From the NCBI GenBank assembly GCA_049519175.1, contig JBEKQZ010000001.1:399679-463678 (forward strand): 64,000 bases of DNA, given 5' to 3'. Below are positions 10,559 through 19,986 of the stretch, piece after piece (the stretch's first letter is position 1; every line of letters begins with the position of its first letter). The DNA comes from Candidatus Levyibacteriota bacterium. GTDB lineage: Bacteria > Patescibacteriota > Microgenomatia > Levybacterales > UBA12049. The position numbers were made by a program, and so were the translations under genes. Below the pieces are notes generated by a model that saw nothing but the letters and a program-made list of their open reading frames with translations, made no database searches and was not told the origin of the DNA.

Positions 10559-12424
10559 GTGAAAAAAATCGGCTATTTTCTGTTTGCCTTAATCTTATTT
10601 TTCAGTTTTTCTACTAAACAGGTTTCTGCCGACTCCAATTTCTCCACCGACTATAACGTTACTTACACCATCAATCAAAATGCTATCACTCACGTTGACA
10701 TTAATGCCAACCTGACCAATTTATCCACCAATTATTACGCTTCATCTTATTCCGTCGCAGTCGGTTTTAAAGACGTTGAAAATATTACCGCCCATGACGC
10801 GGGCGGAGCAATTACGCCTAAGATAACTCAAACCGATCAGGGAACAAACATTAAACTTAATTTTAATACCCGCACCGTAGGCTACAATGTGAAACAGAAT
10901 TTTGACATTGGGTTTGACACTAGCGAAGTTGCCCAGAATTTCAACCACGTTTGGGATATCAATATTCCTGGCATTGCCAACCAAGCAGATTTTTCCTCAT
11001 TTAACGTTTCCGTGATTTATCCGTCATTCTTGGGAAATCCTGCATATATTAAGCCAGCGCCTTCGGGCATAAACGTTCAAAACGGCAACCAACTTGATTT
11101 TACCAAACAGGATTTAGGCAGCTCCGGCATTTCCATTTCTTTTGGCAACTTCCAAATTTATAACTTTAATTTAACTTATCATTTGGCTAACCCGAATTAT
11201 TTTCCGATTTCCACCGAAATCGCTTTACCGCCGGCTACTAATTACCAGGATGTTGAAATTGATAATATTAACCAAAAACCGACCAACGTTAAATTAGATA
11301 GTGATGGAAATTGGTTAGCAGAATATTCGCTGGTGCCTTACAAAAAGTTGGACGTTAAAGTCAGCGGAAAAGTTAAGGTCTATTTAAATCCCCGGCTCGA
11401 AGACTTAAGCAGTAACCAGCTAACCGAAGACTTACAAAGTCAGACTTATTGGGAATCCGATAATCCAAAAATTGCCGGTTTGGCAAAAACATTAAAAACA
11501 CCGTATGCAATTTACCAATACGTTGTCAAAACTTTAAATTACGATTATAATCGCGTACAAGCTAATAGTCCGCGGCTCGGCGCTTTGCAGGTTTTGAATA
11601 ACCCAAATTCCGCCGTCTGTTTGGAATTTAGCGATTTGTTTATTGCGCTCTCGCGAGCCGCGGGAATTCCGGCCAGAGAAGTAGAAGGTTACGGTTACAG
11701 CAACAACTCCCGCGAGCGGCCATTGTCGCTTGTCGAAGACGTGCTACACGCCTGGCCGGAGTATTATGATTTTGACAAAAAAGCCTGGGTGATGGTCGAC
11801 CCGACTTGGGGAAACACCACTAGCGGAGTTGATTATTTTAATACTTTGGATTTTGATCACATTGCTTTTGTTATTCAAGGCGCTGCCAGCAACTATCCGA
11901 TTCCCGCTGGCGGTTATAAACTACTAACCGGTAAAAATACTAAGGATATCGATATGCAAATTGGTTCTACTTTTACTCAAAATGCACCAATACTTAACGC
12001 TTCTCTGGAAATTCCGGACACTTTAATCGCCGGCCTACCTACCGACGGATTTATCAAAATCACCAACAGCGGCCGGGATTTTATTCAGGCGCAAACTGTT
12101 TTGGCCTCAACAAATTACTTAGAACCTTCCAATCAAAGCTTTACAGTTAAAGATATCCCACCTTATGGTTTTGTCAGTATCCCAATTTCTTTTTTCAAGA
12201 CACCGTTTTTGACAAACCGTACCGATACGGTTAAAATTACAGCTGGTAATAATACTTTTAACAAAAATATCCGGATTCTGCCGTTTTTTGTCAATAAGTT
12301 AGTTATCTTAGGAGGAATAATATTTGTTAGTCTCTGTATCATTATATCGCTTGTTGCCCTCGTGCTCCGGCGTCTATCTCTTTTTCGACAAAGACGGAAA
12401 AATAATTTACGTGGGGAAAGCTAA
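10559..12424 (+). CDS. Membrane-anchored transglutaminase-like cysteine peptidase superfamily protein; likely GTG start at 10559
   Basis: N-terminal TM/signal segment; 'CLEFSDLFIALSRAAGIPAR' (Cys), 'HAWPEYYD' (His), 'VMVDPTW' (Asp) transglutaminase-core triad; C-terminal TM helix. Confidence 0.55.
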   Translation: MKKIGYFLFALILFFSFSTKQVSADSNFSTDYNVTYTINQNAITHVDINANLTNLSTNYYASSYSVAVGFKDVENITAHDAGGAITPKITQTDQGTNIKLNFNTRTVGYNVKQNFDIGFDTSEVAQNFNHVWDINIPGIANQADFSSFNVSVIYPSFLGNPAYIKPAPSGINVQNGNQLDFTKQDLGSSGISISFGNFQIYNFNLTYHLANPNYFPISTEIALPPATNYQDVEIDNINQKPTNVKLDSDGNWLAEYSLVPYKKLDVKVSGKVKVYLNPRLEDLSSNQLTEDLQSQTYWESDNPKIAGLAKTLKTPYAIYQYVVKTLNYDYNRVQANSPRLGALQVLNNPNSAVCLEFSDLFIALSRAAGIPAREVEGYGYSNNSRERPLSLVEDVLHAWPEYYDFDKKAWVMVDPTWGNTTSGVDYFNTLDFDHIAFVIQGAASNYPIPAGGYKLLTGKNTKDIDMQIGSTFTQNAPILNASLEIPDTLIAGLPTDGFIKITNSGRDFIQAQTVLASTNYLEPSNQSFTVKDIPPYGFVSIPISFFKTPFLTNRTDTVKITAGNNTFNKNIRILPFFVNKLVILGGIIFVSLCIIISLVALVLRRLSLFRQRRKNNLRGES

Positions 12425-13604
12425 AGATTTAAAAAAGCGTGTCTCCTCATATTTCTCCAATAAAGACTTAGGTGAAAAAACCCGCATTTTAGTTTCGCAA
12501 ATTAGGCGGATAAAAATTATCGAAGTTGCTTCGGAAATTGAAGCGTTTCTCTTAGAAGAAAGGTTAATTAAGAAATACAAACCGCACTACAATATTAAAT
12601 TGCTTGACGATAAGCGCTATCCGAGCCTTAAAATTACGGTTAAAGATCAATATCCAAAAGTTTTGTTGGTGCGAAAGCAAGAAGCGGATAATGCCCGCTA
12701 CTTTGGACCTTACACTAGCGCCACGTCGCTTCGCACAGTTTTAAAATTACTGCGCCGGATTTTTCCCTACCAATCCGTGATAAATCACCCCAATAAACTT
12801 TGTCTTTATTATCATCTTAGCTTATGCCCGTGTCCAACTGTCACCAAAGATCAAAGCTATCGGAAAAACATTAGTCATATTCTCAGCTTTCTAAACGGCA
12901 ACAAAAACTTATTGCTCAAAGATTTAACCAAAGAAAGAGAGAAAGCCAGTATTGCAGAAGATTTTGAAAAAGCCAAAACCATTCAACAGCAAATCGATTC
13001 AATTACGCTGATTACCAGCTCATTTTACCAACCGTTTGAATATGAGCTAAACCCAAATTTAAGAAATGATACTGTCGCTTTAACTTTACAAGACTTAAAA
13101 GAAACCCTGAATGAAAATGATGTGCCTGTTTTAAATCTCGATCGGATTGAATGCTATGATATTTCCAACACTTCGGGTTTAAATGCCACCGGTTCAATGG
13201 TGGTTTTTACCAACGGCGAAAAAGATTCTTCAAGTTATCGACGTTTTAAAATTAAAGCTGATTATAATAATAAGCCCAATGATTTTGCCATGATGCAAGA
13301 AATGCTCACAAGAAGATTAAAACATAATGATTGGCCAAAACCGTCATTAATTATCGTTGACGGTGGAAAAGGACAGGTTTCTTCGGCCAAAGAAATTATT
13401 CACAGTCTAAAACTTGATATTCCCTTAATTGGACTGGCCAAAAGAGAAGAAACTATCATAACCAGTGAACTTTCGGAAATCAAACTACCAAGAGACTCAA
13501 AAGCTTTACAATTGATAATGCGTTTACGGGATGAGGCGCACCGTTTTGCCATTACTTATCACAAAAAGTTACGAGCCAAAGCTCTCCTGTACCCTTCCGA
13601 TTAA
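12324..13604 (+). CDS. uvrC: Excinuclease ABC subunit C, short form without the C-terminal (HhH)2 domain; start uncertain (overlaps the upstream ORF)
   Basis: GIY-YIG 'GVYLFFDKDGKIIYVGKAKDLKKR'; RNase H-like region 'IVDGGKGQV', 'RDEAHRFAITYH'. Confidence 0.8.
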   Translation: MLVSVSLYRLLPSCSGVYLFFDKDGKIIYVGKAKDLKKRVSSYFSNKDLGEKTRILVSQIRRIKIIEVASEIEAFLLEERLIKKYKPHYNIKLLDDKRYPSLKITVKDQYPKVLLVRKQEADNARYFGPYTSATSLRTVLKLLRRIFPYQSVINHPNKLCLYYHLSLCPCPTVTKDQSYRKNISHILSFLNGNKNLLLKDLTKEREKASIAEDFEKAKTIQQQIDSITLITSSFYQPFEYELNPNLRNDTVALTLQDLKETLNENDVPVLNLDRIECYDISNTSGLNATGSMVVFTNGEKDSSSYRRFKIKADYNNKPNDFAMMQEMLTRRLKHNDWPKPSLIIVDGGKGQVSSAKEIIHSLKLDIPLIGLAKREETIITSELSEIKLPRDSKALQLIMRLRDEAHRFAITYHKKLRAKALLYPSD

Positions 13605-13644
13605 TTAATAACTGATGCAAAACCAAGCTTAGAAGGTGCAGGAT

Positions 13645-15006
13645 CTATTTTCGGATAATGGTATATTCGTAGGGGAAATAGAGAAAAGTTGCCGGCGGAT
13701 CATCCAGTAGATATTTTTGGAAATCGGAATAGATTTTTTGTCTATCGCTAATATCAACCGTTTGCCGCCCGTCTTCCAAGAGCTGATCGATTCTCAAGTT
13801 TACATAATGCGTAATGTTATTTGGTTGCGTCGAATGCCAGAGCGTGTATTGGTCGGGGTCTTTGGAAACATTAAACTCGCCTAAAAAAACCTGAAAATTT
13901 TTTGGGAAACTGTCAACAATTCTAACGTTGGTTTTAATACCAATCTTTGCCCATTCAGTTTTTATTTGGTCCGCTAATTGTTTATATTCCGGCAGAGCTT
14001 TTAGCTCTAGAGTTAGAGCGGAGCTTTGTGACGAACTGACGGATTCGCCCAATAAAAGCTTGGCATGTTCAAAATCCTGATTGTAAGTCGTTAAACCTCC
14101 CTCACTAACCCAAGAATTTGGCGGAAATGGACCGTCATTTCTTTGACCGGAAGAAAAAGTATCTGGCATGGCATAAGCGAGCGCTTCTCTTAACCTTTTA
14201 TCCGACAAATCTTTGTCTTGAGTATTGTAAAAAATCGTTACCAGTTGGGAGTAGTTTGTGCTTTCCGAAATGCTGACGTGTTTAAAATCCGCCAGACTTT
14301 TCCCGTTAAAATCCAAGCTCCGCACGCCGATAATTTCGTTAACATCACCCAAGGCAAAAGCGGTTTTTAAAGCGTCTTCGGTCGGATAAAATTGGTAAGT
14401 AATTTCCTGATTATGTCCTTTGTTGGTAACCAGACTAATCGATTGAACAAAACTGCCGTTAAGATTCAATGCGCTCACTCTATAATCTCCGATTCCCACA
14501 AAACCATTCTTAAAGATTGGACGTGAAACTGTCAAAAGAAACGGAGAATAGATACTTTTGAGATTGAAGATGATTGTTTGGCTATCCGGCCTCTGGACGT
14601 TAACATCGGCAAAATTATATTGAATCTGGTCCGATGTCAGCCTTGTTCCGTCGCTAAAGAAAACATTGTCTTTCAAATGGAAAACGTAGGTTTTGCCGCC
14701 ATTCTTAATTTCCCAGGATTTGGCCAAATCCGGTTTTGGCAAATCATCCGGTCCGGCATAAACTAAACCTCTGGAAACTTTGGATAAAATTACGGCAGGC
14801 AAATTGTCCACGCTATAAGCGCCGACTATCCCAACCGTTTGCTCTTGAGTAAAAGGCATTAACGGCACAAAATAATTAACAACAAACCGCAGCAGAAAAA
14901 AAACAATTAAACCAAGACCAAAGGAAATCAAAATGGTTCTTCGCCACTTTCGAAAGTATGCTTTTAAAAGCCACAAGATAAGACGTCTTCTTTTAAAGAA
15001 AATCAT
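13645..15006 (-). CDS. Solute-binding protein family 5-like (peptide/nickel ABC SBP-like), N-terminal membrane anchor
   Basis: N-terminal TM helix; 'LKDNVFFSDGTRLTSDQIQYNF' resembles the SBP_bac_5 core. Confidence 0.5.
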   Translation of the reverse strand: MIFFKRRRLILWLLKAYFRKWRRTILISFGLGLIVFFLLRFVVNYFVPLMPFTQEQTVGIVGAYSVDNLPAVILSKVSRGLVYAGPDDLPKPDLAKSWEIKNGGKTYVFHLKDNVFFSDGTRLTSDQIQYNFADVNVQRPDSQTIIFNLKSIYSPFLLTVSRPIFKNGFVGIGDYRVSALNLNGSFVQSISLVTNKGHNQEITYQFYPTEDALKTAFALGDVNEIIGVRSLDFNGKSLADFKHVSISESTNYSQLVTIFYNTQDKDLSDKRLREALAYAMPDTFSSGQRNDGPFPPNSWVSEGGLTTYNQDFEHAKLLLGESVSSSQSSALTLELKALPEYKQLADQIKTEWAKIGIKTNVRIVDSFPKNFQVFLGEFNVSKDPDQYTLWHSTQPNNITHYVNLRIDQLLEDGRQTVDISDRQKIYSDFQKYLLDDPPATFLYFPYEYTIIRK

Positions 15007-15007
15007 A

Positions 15008-15235
15008 CTATTTTAAGGGGAGTAGCAGAAGCAAAGAAACTATGGCAAAAATGACAGTCGTTACGACCGTTGCCCACATTAACAGCTTTTCTACGCTTCT
15101 TTTGCTTCGGTAAAATTCACCCGTTCCGCCAAAGGCTGACGACAAACCACTGCCTTGCATCTGTAAAAGTACTAAGACGATTAAAGCGATTGCGGCGGCG
15201 ATTTCAATGATGTTTAGAATAATCATTATGCACAA
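15008..15235 (-). CDS. secG: Preprotein translocase subunit SecG
   Basis: 75 aa, two TM helices; 'VLLQMQGSGLSSAFGG' SecG signature. Confidence 0.7.
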   Translation of the reverse strand: MCIMIILNIIEIAAAIALIVLVLLQMQGSGLSSAFGGTGEFYRSKRSVEKLLMWATVVTTVIFAIVSLLLLLPLK

Positions 15236-15275
15236 TTATATCTTTTCCGGCAGTATTTTTGCAAGTCTCGAGGTT

Positions 15276-15680
15276 TTATTTCTTTACCAACCAGGTTAAA
15301 AAAGAAACTATCAAAGATTGTAAGAATGCTACCAACAGGAAAGCGAAAATAACGTTAAAGTAAAAGCTCGGAATTACAAAACCCGAATACGAAAATCCGG
15401 GAAAAGTAAAAGCAATAATATTAATTCCCGGCACAATCACTGTTAAAAGATAAAAAATGATGATATTGGTGACAAACGAAAAAAGTCCCAGCGTAATAAT
15501 GTTTAAAGGTAACGACAAGATATTTAGAATTGGCTTGAGAAAAACCAGTAAAATTGTCAAGGCAATTCCGCCGAAGAGATAAGTCGGTAATCCACCGGTT
15601 ACCTTTACTCCGCCGACAATTTGCGTCAGTAAAAAAATGGAAAAGGCATTAAATAAAACGTTTCGGATAAATCCCTTCAT
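15276..15680 (-). CDS. DUF360/phage-holin-4-like four-TM membrane protein
   Basis: 134 aa, four predicted TM helices; 'KPILNILSLPLNIITLGLFSFV' resembles Phage_holin_4_2/DUF360. Confidence 0.5.
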   Translation of the reverse strand: MKGFIRNVLFNAFSIFLLTQIVGGVKVTGGLPTYLFGGIALTILLVFLKPILNILSLPLNIITLGLFSFVTNIIIFYLLTVIVPGINIIAFTFPGFSYSGFVIPSFYFNVIFAFLLVAFLQSLIVSFLTWLVKK

Positions 15681-15774
15681 AACTTAATGCTAGCAAATAC
15701 GGCTGTTTTAGTCAATTAAATATTGAAATATTTTTACTTTGAGCGTATTATAAAACACACTGTTTAAATAAATT

Positions 15775-16968
15775 ATGAAAACCGTAAAAGTATCTGTACA
15801 AGATGAAAACACTCTAGTTCTTGATGAGGATGCAAGTAAAGGAGATTTAATTGATCTAAAATCAGTTAACAAAACAGACAATAGCACAATTAAGAATGTC
15901 ATAAATTCAATTAAAAAAGACAGGTTTGATGAAGAATTGCAAAGAGCACGCGAGAGCGACAGGCTAAAAATGGAGCTTAAAGAGCAGGAGAATGTCCAAC
16001 GCTCAAAAGATGAATTAAGTAAAAAAGACTCCGAGATAGCTACTCTTAAATCGCAAATCGATAAGAACGAAACGGAAAAGAAACTTGCTGTAAGTGAAGC
16101 TGTCAATGACCTTAAAGTCGAATTAACAAAAAAAGAAGGCGAAAAATCAGAAATTAGAATAGAATACGATTTAAAACTTAAGGATCGTGACGAACAAATA
16201 GAGCGCCTAAAGGATAATAAAATAAAACTCTCCACAAAAGGTTTAGGAGAATCTCTTGAACAATACTGTGAGAATGAATTCAACAAAATTCGCATGACCG
16301 CATTCCCAAACGTGTATTTTGAAAAAGATAACGACTCAAGTAGTGGCAGTAAGGGCGATTACATCTTTCGTGATCCCGCAGAAGGAATCGAATCCGTATC
16401 GATTATGTTTGACATGAAGAATGAAAATGATACAACAGAAACAAAGAAAAAGAATGAAGATTTTCTAGCCAAACTAGATAGAGATCGTAACGAAAAGAAA
16501 TGCGAGTATGCCATTCTTGTTTCAATGTTGGAAGCAGAAAGTGACTTATATAATCAAGGTATTGTTGACATATCGTACAAATATCCAAAAATGTACGTAA
16601 TACGCCCACAATTTTTCATACCAATGATTACGCTGCTTAAAAATGCCGCTGAAAAATCATTTGCAGTAAAAAATGAATTAGCAATAATAAGAAGCCAGAA
16701 TATAGACATCACTACATTCGAAGATGACGTAAATAATTGGAAATCTGGATTTCTTAACTCGATGAAAAATGCCGGCCAGAAACATAGTGAGGCAATTGAG
16801 CAGATAAATAAAGCTATTAAAAATCTTGAGAATGTTCGGGACGCCCTGACTTTGTCAGACAAACATCTGTTAGCGGCTGAGAATAAAATGGATGACCTAA
16901 CAATTAAAAGACTAACTCGTAAAAATCCCACCATGGCCGCGAAATTTGACGAATTAAAGAAGAAATAA
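15775..16968 (+). CDS. Coiled-coil protein with a globular C-terminal domain (possible RmuC/DUF2130-like; uncertain)
   Basis: K/E-rich heptad region over residues ~50-160, then a non-repetitive C-terminal domain; the opposite-strand ORF 15708..16295 is its Ser/Leu-rich antisense artefact. Confidence 0.4.
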   Translation: MKTVKVSVQDENTLVLDEDASKGDLIDLKSVNKTDNSTIKNVINSIKKDRFDEELQRARESDRLKMELKEQENVQRSKDELSKKDSEIATLKSQIDKNETEKKLAVSEAVNDLKVELTKKEGEKSEIRIEYDLKLKDRDEQIERLKDNKIKLSTKGLGESLEQYCENEFNKIRMTAFPNVYFEKDNDSSSGSKGDYIFRDPAEGIESVSIMFDMKNENDTTETKKKNEDFLAKLDRDRNEKKCEYAILVSMLEAESDLYNQGIVDISYKYPKMYVIRPQFFIPMITLLKNAAEKSFAVKNELAIIRSQNIDITTFEDDVNNWKSGFLNSMKNAGQKHSEAIEQINKAIKNLENVRDALTLSDKHLLAAENKMDDLTIKRLTRKNPTMAAKFDELKKK

Positions 16969-16986
16969 TTAATTACTACAGCAATC

Positions 16987-17610
16987 ATGCAAAAGAAACC
17001 CTCGTTTAATTTAGAAAAGGAATTACTTAACAAAGTTGATTTAGTTTTTGGTATGGATGAGGTTGGTCGTGGCAGTTTTGCCGGACCGTTGGTTGCAAGT
17101 GCTGTTTGTTTTGGAAATGAATACAAATGGTTTAAAGACATAAATGATTCAAAACTTCTGTCGGCGAAAAAACGTGAACAGCTTTCGAAATTGATATTAA
17201 AAAATGCTAAATGCTTTACCAAAATTATTGAAGTCGAAGAAATTAATAAATTCGGCATAGGGAAGTGCAACCAACTGGTTTTCAAAAGATTGATAAAGAA
17301 AGTTTTAAGTGCGCATAAAGAAAAACAAGTTCATTTCCTGATTGACGGAAACAAGCAGAAAATCAGGAGAAAGAATCTTCAGTTTATTGTTAAAGGGGAT
17401 AGTAAAATTATTTCTATCGCTGCTTCCTCAATTATCGCTAAAGTTTATCGCGATAAACTGATGCGGGATTTGGGAAAAATCTATCGGGAATATAACTTTG
17501 GTAAAAATAAAGGTTACGGCACAAAATTTCATCGGGAAGCGATTAAAAAACTGGGCTTATGCGCCATTCATCGCAAATCTTTTAATTTGCAAAAGTTCTT
17601 GCGCGCCTGA
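16987..17610 (+). CDS. rnhB: Ribonuclease HII
   Basis: 'GMDEVGRGSFAGPLVASAV' RNase HII active-site motif. Confidence 0.9.
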   Translation: MQKKPSFNLEKELLNKVDLVFGMDEVGRGSFAGPLVASAVCFGNEYKWFKDINDSKLLSAKKREQLSKLILKNAKCFTKIIEVEEINKFGIGKCNQLVFKRLIKKVLSAHKEKQVHFLIDGNKQKIRRKNLQFIVKGDSKIISIAASSIIAKVYRDKLMRDLGKIYREYNFGKNKGYGTKFHREAIKKLGLCAIHRKSFNLQKFLRA

Positions 17611-17674
17611 AGGGAATCGAACCCCCAACCCCTTCGTCCGAAGCGAAGTGCTCTATCCGTTGAGCTACAGGCGC
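17602..17674 (-). tRNA. tRNA-Arg(TCG)
   Basis: Reverse complement GCGCCTGTAGCTCAACGGATAGAGC...; anticodon loop 'ctTCGga'; its 3' end overlaps the rnhB stop codon. Confidence 0.85.
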
Positions 17675-17696
17675 ATTTCGTCACTTTTGAATCTTG

Positions 17697-17769
17697 TGAG
17701 CCGCCAGGGAGTCGAACCCTGAACCTATTCCTTAAGAGGGAATTGCTCTACCAGTTGAGCTAGCGGCCC
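17697..17769 (-). tRNA. tRNA-Lys(CTT)
   Basis: Reverse complement GGGCCGCTAGCTCAACTGGTAGAGC...; anticodon loop 'ctCTTaa'; GGTTCGACTCC. Confidence 0.85.
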
Positions 17770-17867
17770 TTCGTAGCTAGTATACAATATTTGGCTTTAT
17801 CTGACAATTCGGGCAAACTCTTGACTTTTAAAAACTAAAGGGTAACAATTAACTCAGAACTTATTTT

Positions 17868-18188
17868 ATGGCAGTCTGTAGAAAGGCTATAGAAAGTGGA
17901 AGGATTTGTTCAGATTGGCTTGATAACGAATATTTTATCCCCGCTGAAGAACCGGCATACGCCATTATTCTTAATCCTCGTAAAGATTCTAATGCCCGTA
18001 ATTTTGTAAATGAAACTGTCCTTTTTTATCAAAAACCCTTTAATCATTTATACCCAAATTTAGCAACAGACAAAAACTCACAAAGAGCTTTCGATATTGA
18101 CGTTGCAGATCAAGAACCTGGTGGAAGAGTAATATATCAAACATTAAGACGAAGACAGTTCGCAAGTTCCTCAAAAACTAAAAAGTAA
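17868..18188 (+). CDS. Hypothetical protein (106 aa)
   Basis: ORF only; no motif recognised. Confidence 0.3.
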   Translation: MAVCRKAIESGRICSDWLDNEYFIPAEEPAYAIILNPRKDSNARNFVNETVLFYQKPFNHLYPNLATDKNSQRAFDIDVADQEPGGRVIYQTLRRRQFASSSKTKK

Positions 18189-18241
18189 ATAAAAAAGAAT
18201 CTCTCTTTACATCATCATCTTTTATTTAGTAGTATAGTTGT

Positions 18242-19297
18242 GTGGGGAGAATAAAAAATTTGTTTTCGAGGGTAAAGAATTTGGTTTGGGGACATAAAAA
18301 GATCTCCATCACCGTCTTAATTATTTTACTGCTGGTAGTTGGGTTTATCCTCTGGCCAAAGAATTCTAACTCCGTTCTAACGGAAGTAGCTAAAAATCAG
18401 GATGTCGTTAAAACGGTTTCGGTCACCGGCAATGTCGATGCCGAAAATTTTGCCAACCTCACTTTTCAAACTGCGGAAACTTTATCTTATGTCGGAGTAA
18501 AATTGGACGACCCGGTAAAAAAATATCAATTAATCGCCTCTTTAGACCAGACTCAATTACAGGCAACTCTAAGACAAGCGCAACAGGATTTTGTCGCCGC
18601 CAAAGCCGCTTCGCAACAATATTATGATAATAATACCAGCGGAACGGAAAGTGACGCCCAAAAAGTGCAAAGAACCGCTATCGATGACGTGCAAAATAAA
18701 GCCTACGATCAAATGTTAAAAGTCGAACATGACATCGCAAACTCCAGTCTTTATGCGCCGATTGCCGGTATTGTCACCCGGATGGACGCGCAAACCGCGG
18801 GGGTAAATATTACACCGGCCACCACTTTTACCATTACCGATCCTAACTCTCTGGATTTTAAAATGGAAGTCGATGAAGCCGACATCGGTCAGGTAAAAAT
18901 AGGCCAAAGCGTTAATGTCTCGCTGGACTCTTTCCCCAACGATAATCTTAAGTTAACTGTTGATAAAATAGATTTTGTCAGTCACGTCACATCGTCGGGT
19001 GGAAATGCTTTTTATGTTCAGGCTATGCTTCCTCAACCAAATAACGACAGGGTGGGAATGAGCGGTAATGCGGACATTATCATCAACGCCAAATATAACG
19101 TGCTGGGAATACAATCCACCGATATCTTTGATAATAATTATGTTTACGTCAAAACTAAGAAGGGTTTTGTAAAAAGAGCATTAAGTCTAGGCTTACAAAA
19201 TGATACGCAAGCCCAAGTTTTATCAGGACTGTCCGCAGGGGATACTGTTGCTCTTGATCCAACTTCAGTTCCTCAAAATTTGGTGGTCAAAAATTAA
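18242..19297 (+). CDS. HlyD-family periplasmic adaptor (MacA-like) of an ABC exporter; GTG start
   Basis: N-terminal TM anchor, central coiled-coil, beta-barrel C-terminus; first gene of a three-gene operon with the downstream ABC genes. Confidence 0.6.
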   Translation: MGRIKNLFSRVKNLVWGHKKISITVLIILLLVVGFILWPKNSNSVLTEVAKNQDVVKTVSVTGNVDAENFANLTFQTAETLSYVGVKLDDPVKKYQLIASLDQTQLQATLRQAQQDFVAAKAASQQYYDNNTSGTESDAQKVQRTAIDDVQNKAYDQMLKVEHDIANSSLYAPIAGIVTRMDAQTAGVNITPATTFTITDPNSLDFKMEVDEADIGQVKIGQSVNVSLDSFPNDNLKLTVDKIDFVSHVTSSGGNAFYVQAMLPQPNNDRVGMSGNADIIINAKYNVLGIQSTDIFDNNYVYVKTKKGFVKRALSLGLQNDTQAQVLSGLSAGDTVALDPTSVPQNLVVKN

Positions 19298-19302
19298 CCC
19301 GC

Positions 19303-19986
19303 ATGAAAACAACAGACGATATCATAAAAATGGCCAACATCACCAAGGTCTACAGCGGCGCCGACGTGGGGACAACCGCTTTGAGAGATATTGATTTAGT
19401 CGTCAAAAAAGGCCAATTTCTAGCCATCACCGGTCGGTCGGGTAGCGGAAAATCGACGCTGATGCACGTCATTGGACTTTTAGATACCCCTACCTCCGGC
19501 ACTTATTTTCTAAACGGCACCGATGTCTCAAAATTAGGCGAAGACGAGCAAGCTTTCCAACGCAATAAAGAAATTGGTTTCGTTTTTCAGTCATTTAACT
19601 TATTGCCGAAACTAAACGCGTTGGAGAATGTCATTCTACCGGCTATTTACGCTGGTGTCAAAACCAAAGAGCGGACCGAAAAAGCCGTCGAGCTACTAAC
19701 CGAATTGGGATTGGAAGACCACTTGAATAAAAGACCCAATCAGATGTCAGGTGGACAACAACAACGCGTCGCCATTGCCAGAGCTTTAATGAACGACCCT
19801 GAATTAATTTTGGCAGACGAACCAACTGGTAACTTGGATACCAAATCGGGAGACGATGTCATGAAAACTTTAAAACAATTAAATAAAGAGGGCAAAACAA
19901 TTGTTCTTATTACCCATGAACACGATATTGCTTCGCAAGCACAAAAAATTTTGCATTTGGAAGACGGAGAGCTGGTTACAAAATGA
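19303..19986 (+). CDS. ABC transporter ATP-binding protein (MacB/LolD-like)
   Basis: Walker A 'GRSGSGKST', signature 'LSGGQQQRVAIARAL', Walker B 'ILADEPTGNLD'. Confidence 0.9.
   Translation: MKTTDDIIKMANITKVYSGADVGTTALRDIDLVVKKGQFLAITGRSGSGKSTLMHVIGLLDTPTSGTYFLNGTDVSKLGEDEQAFQRNKEIGFVFQSFNLLPKLNALENVILPAIYAGVKTKERTEKAVELLTELGLEDHLNKRPNQMSGGQQQRVAIARALMNDPELILADEPTGNLDTKSGDDVMKTLKQLNKEGKTIVLITHEHDIASQAQKILHLEDGELVTK

Noticed and set aside
15708-16295. 195-aa ORF on the minus strand overlapping the coiled-coil gene
   Set aside because: Ser/Leu-rich, low-complexity translation typical of the antisense strand of a Lys/Glu-rich coiled-coil coding region; no start context; entirely nested in a better ORF.
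16554-17285. 243-aa minus-strand ORF spanning the end of the coiled-coil gene and the start of rnhB
   Set aside because: Antisense to two well-supported genes including rnhB (clear RNase HII motifs); hydrophobic low-complexity translation.
17498-17722. 74-aa + strand ORF
   Set aside because: Runs from the rnhB 3' end across tRNA-Arg and tRNA-Lys; spurious.
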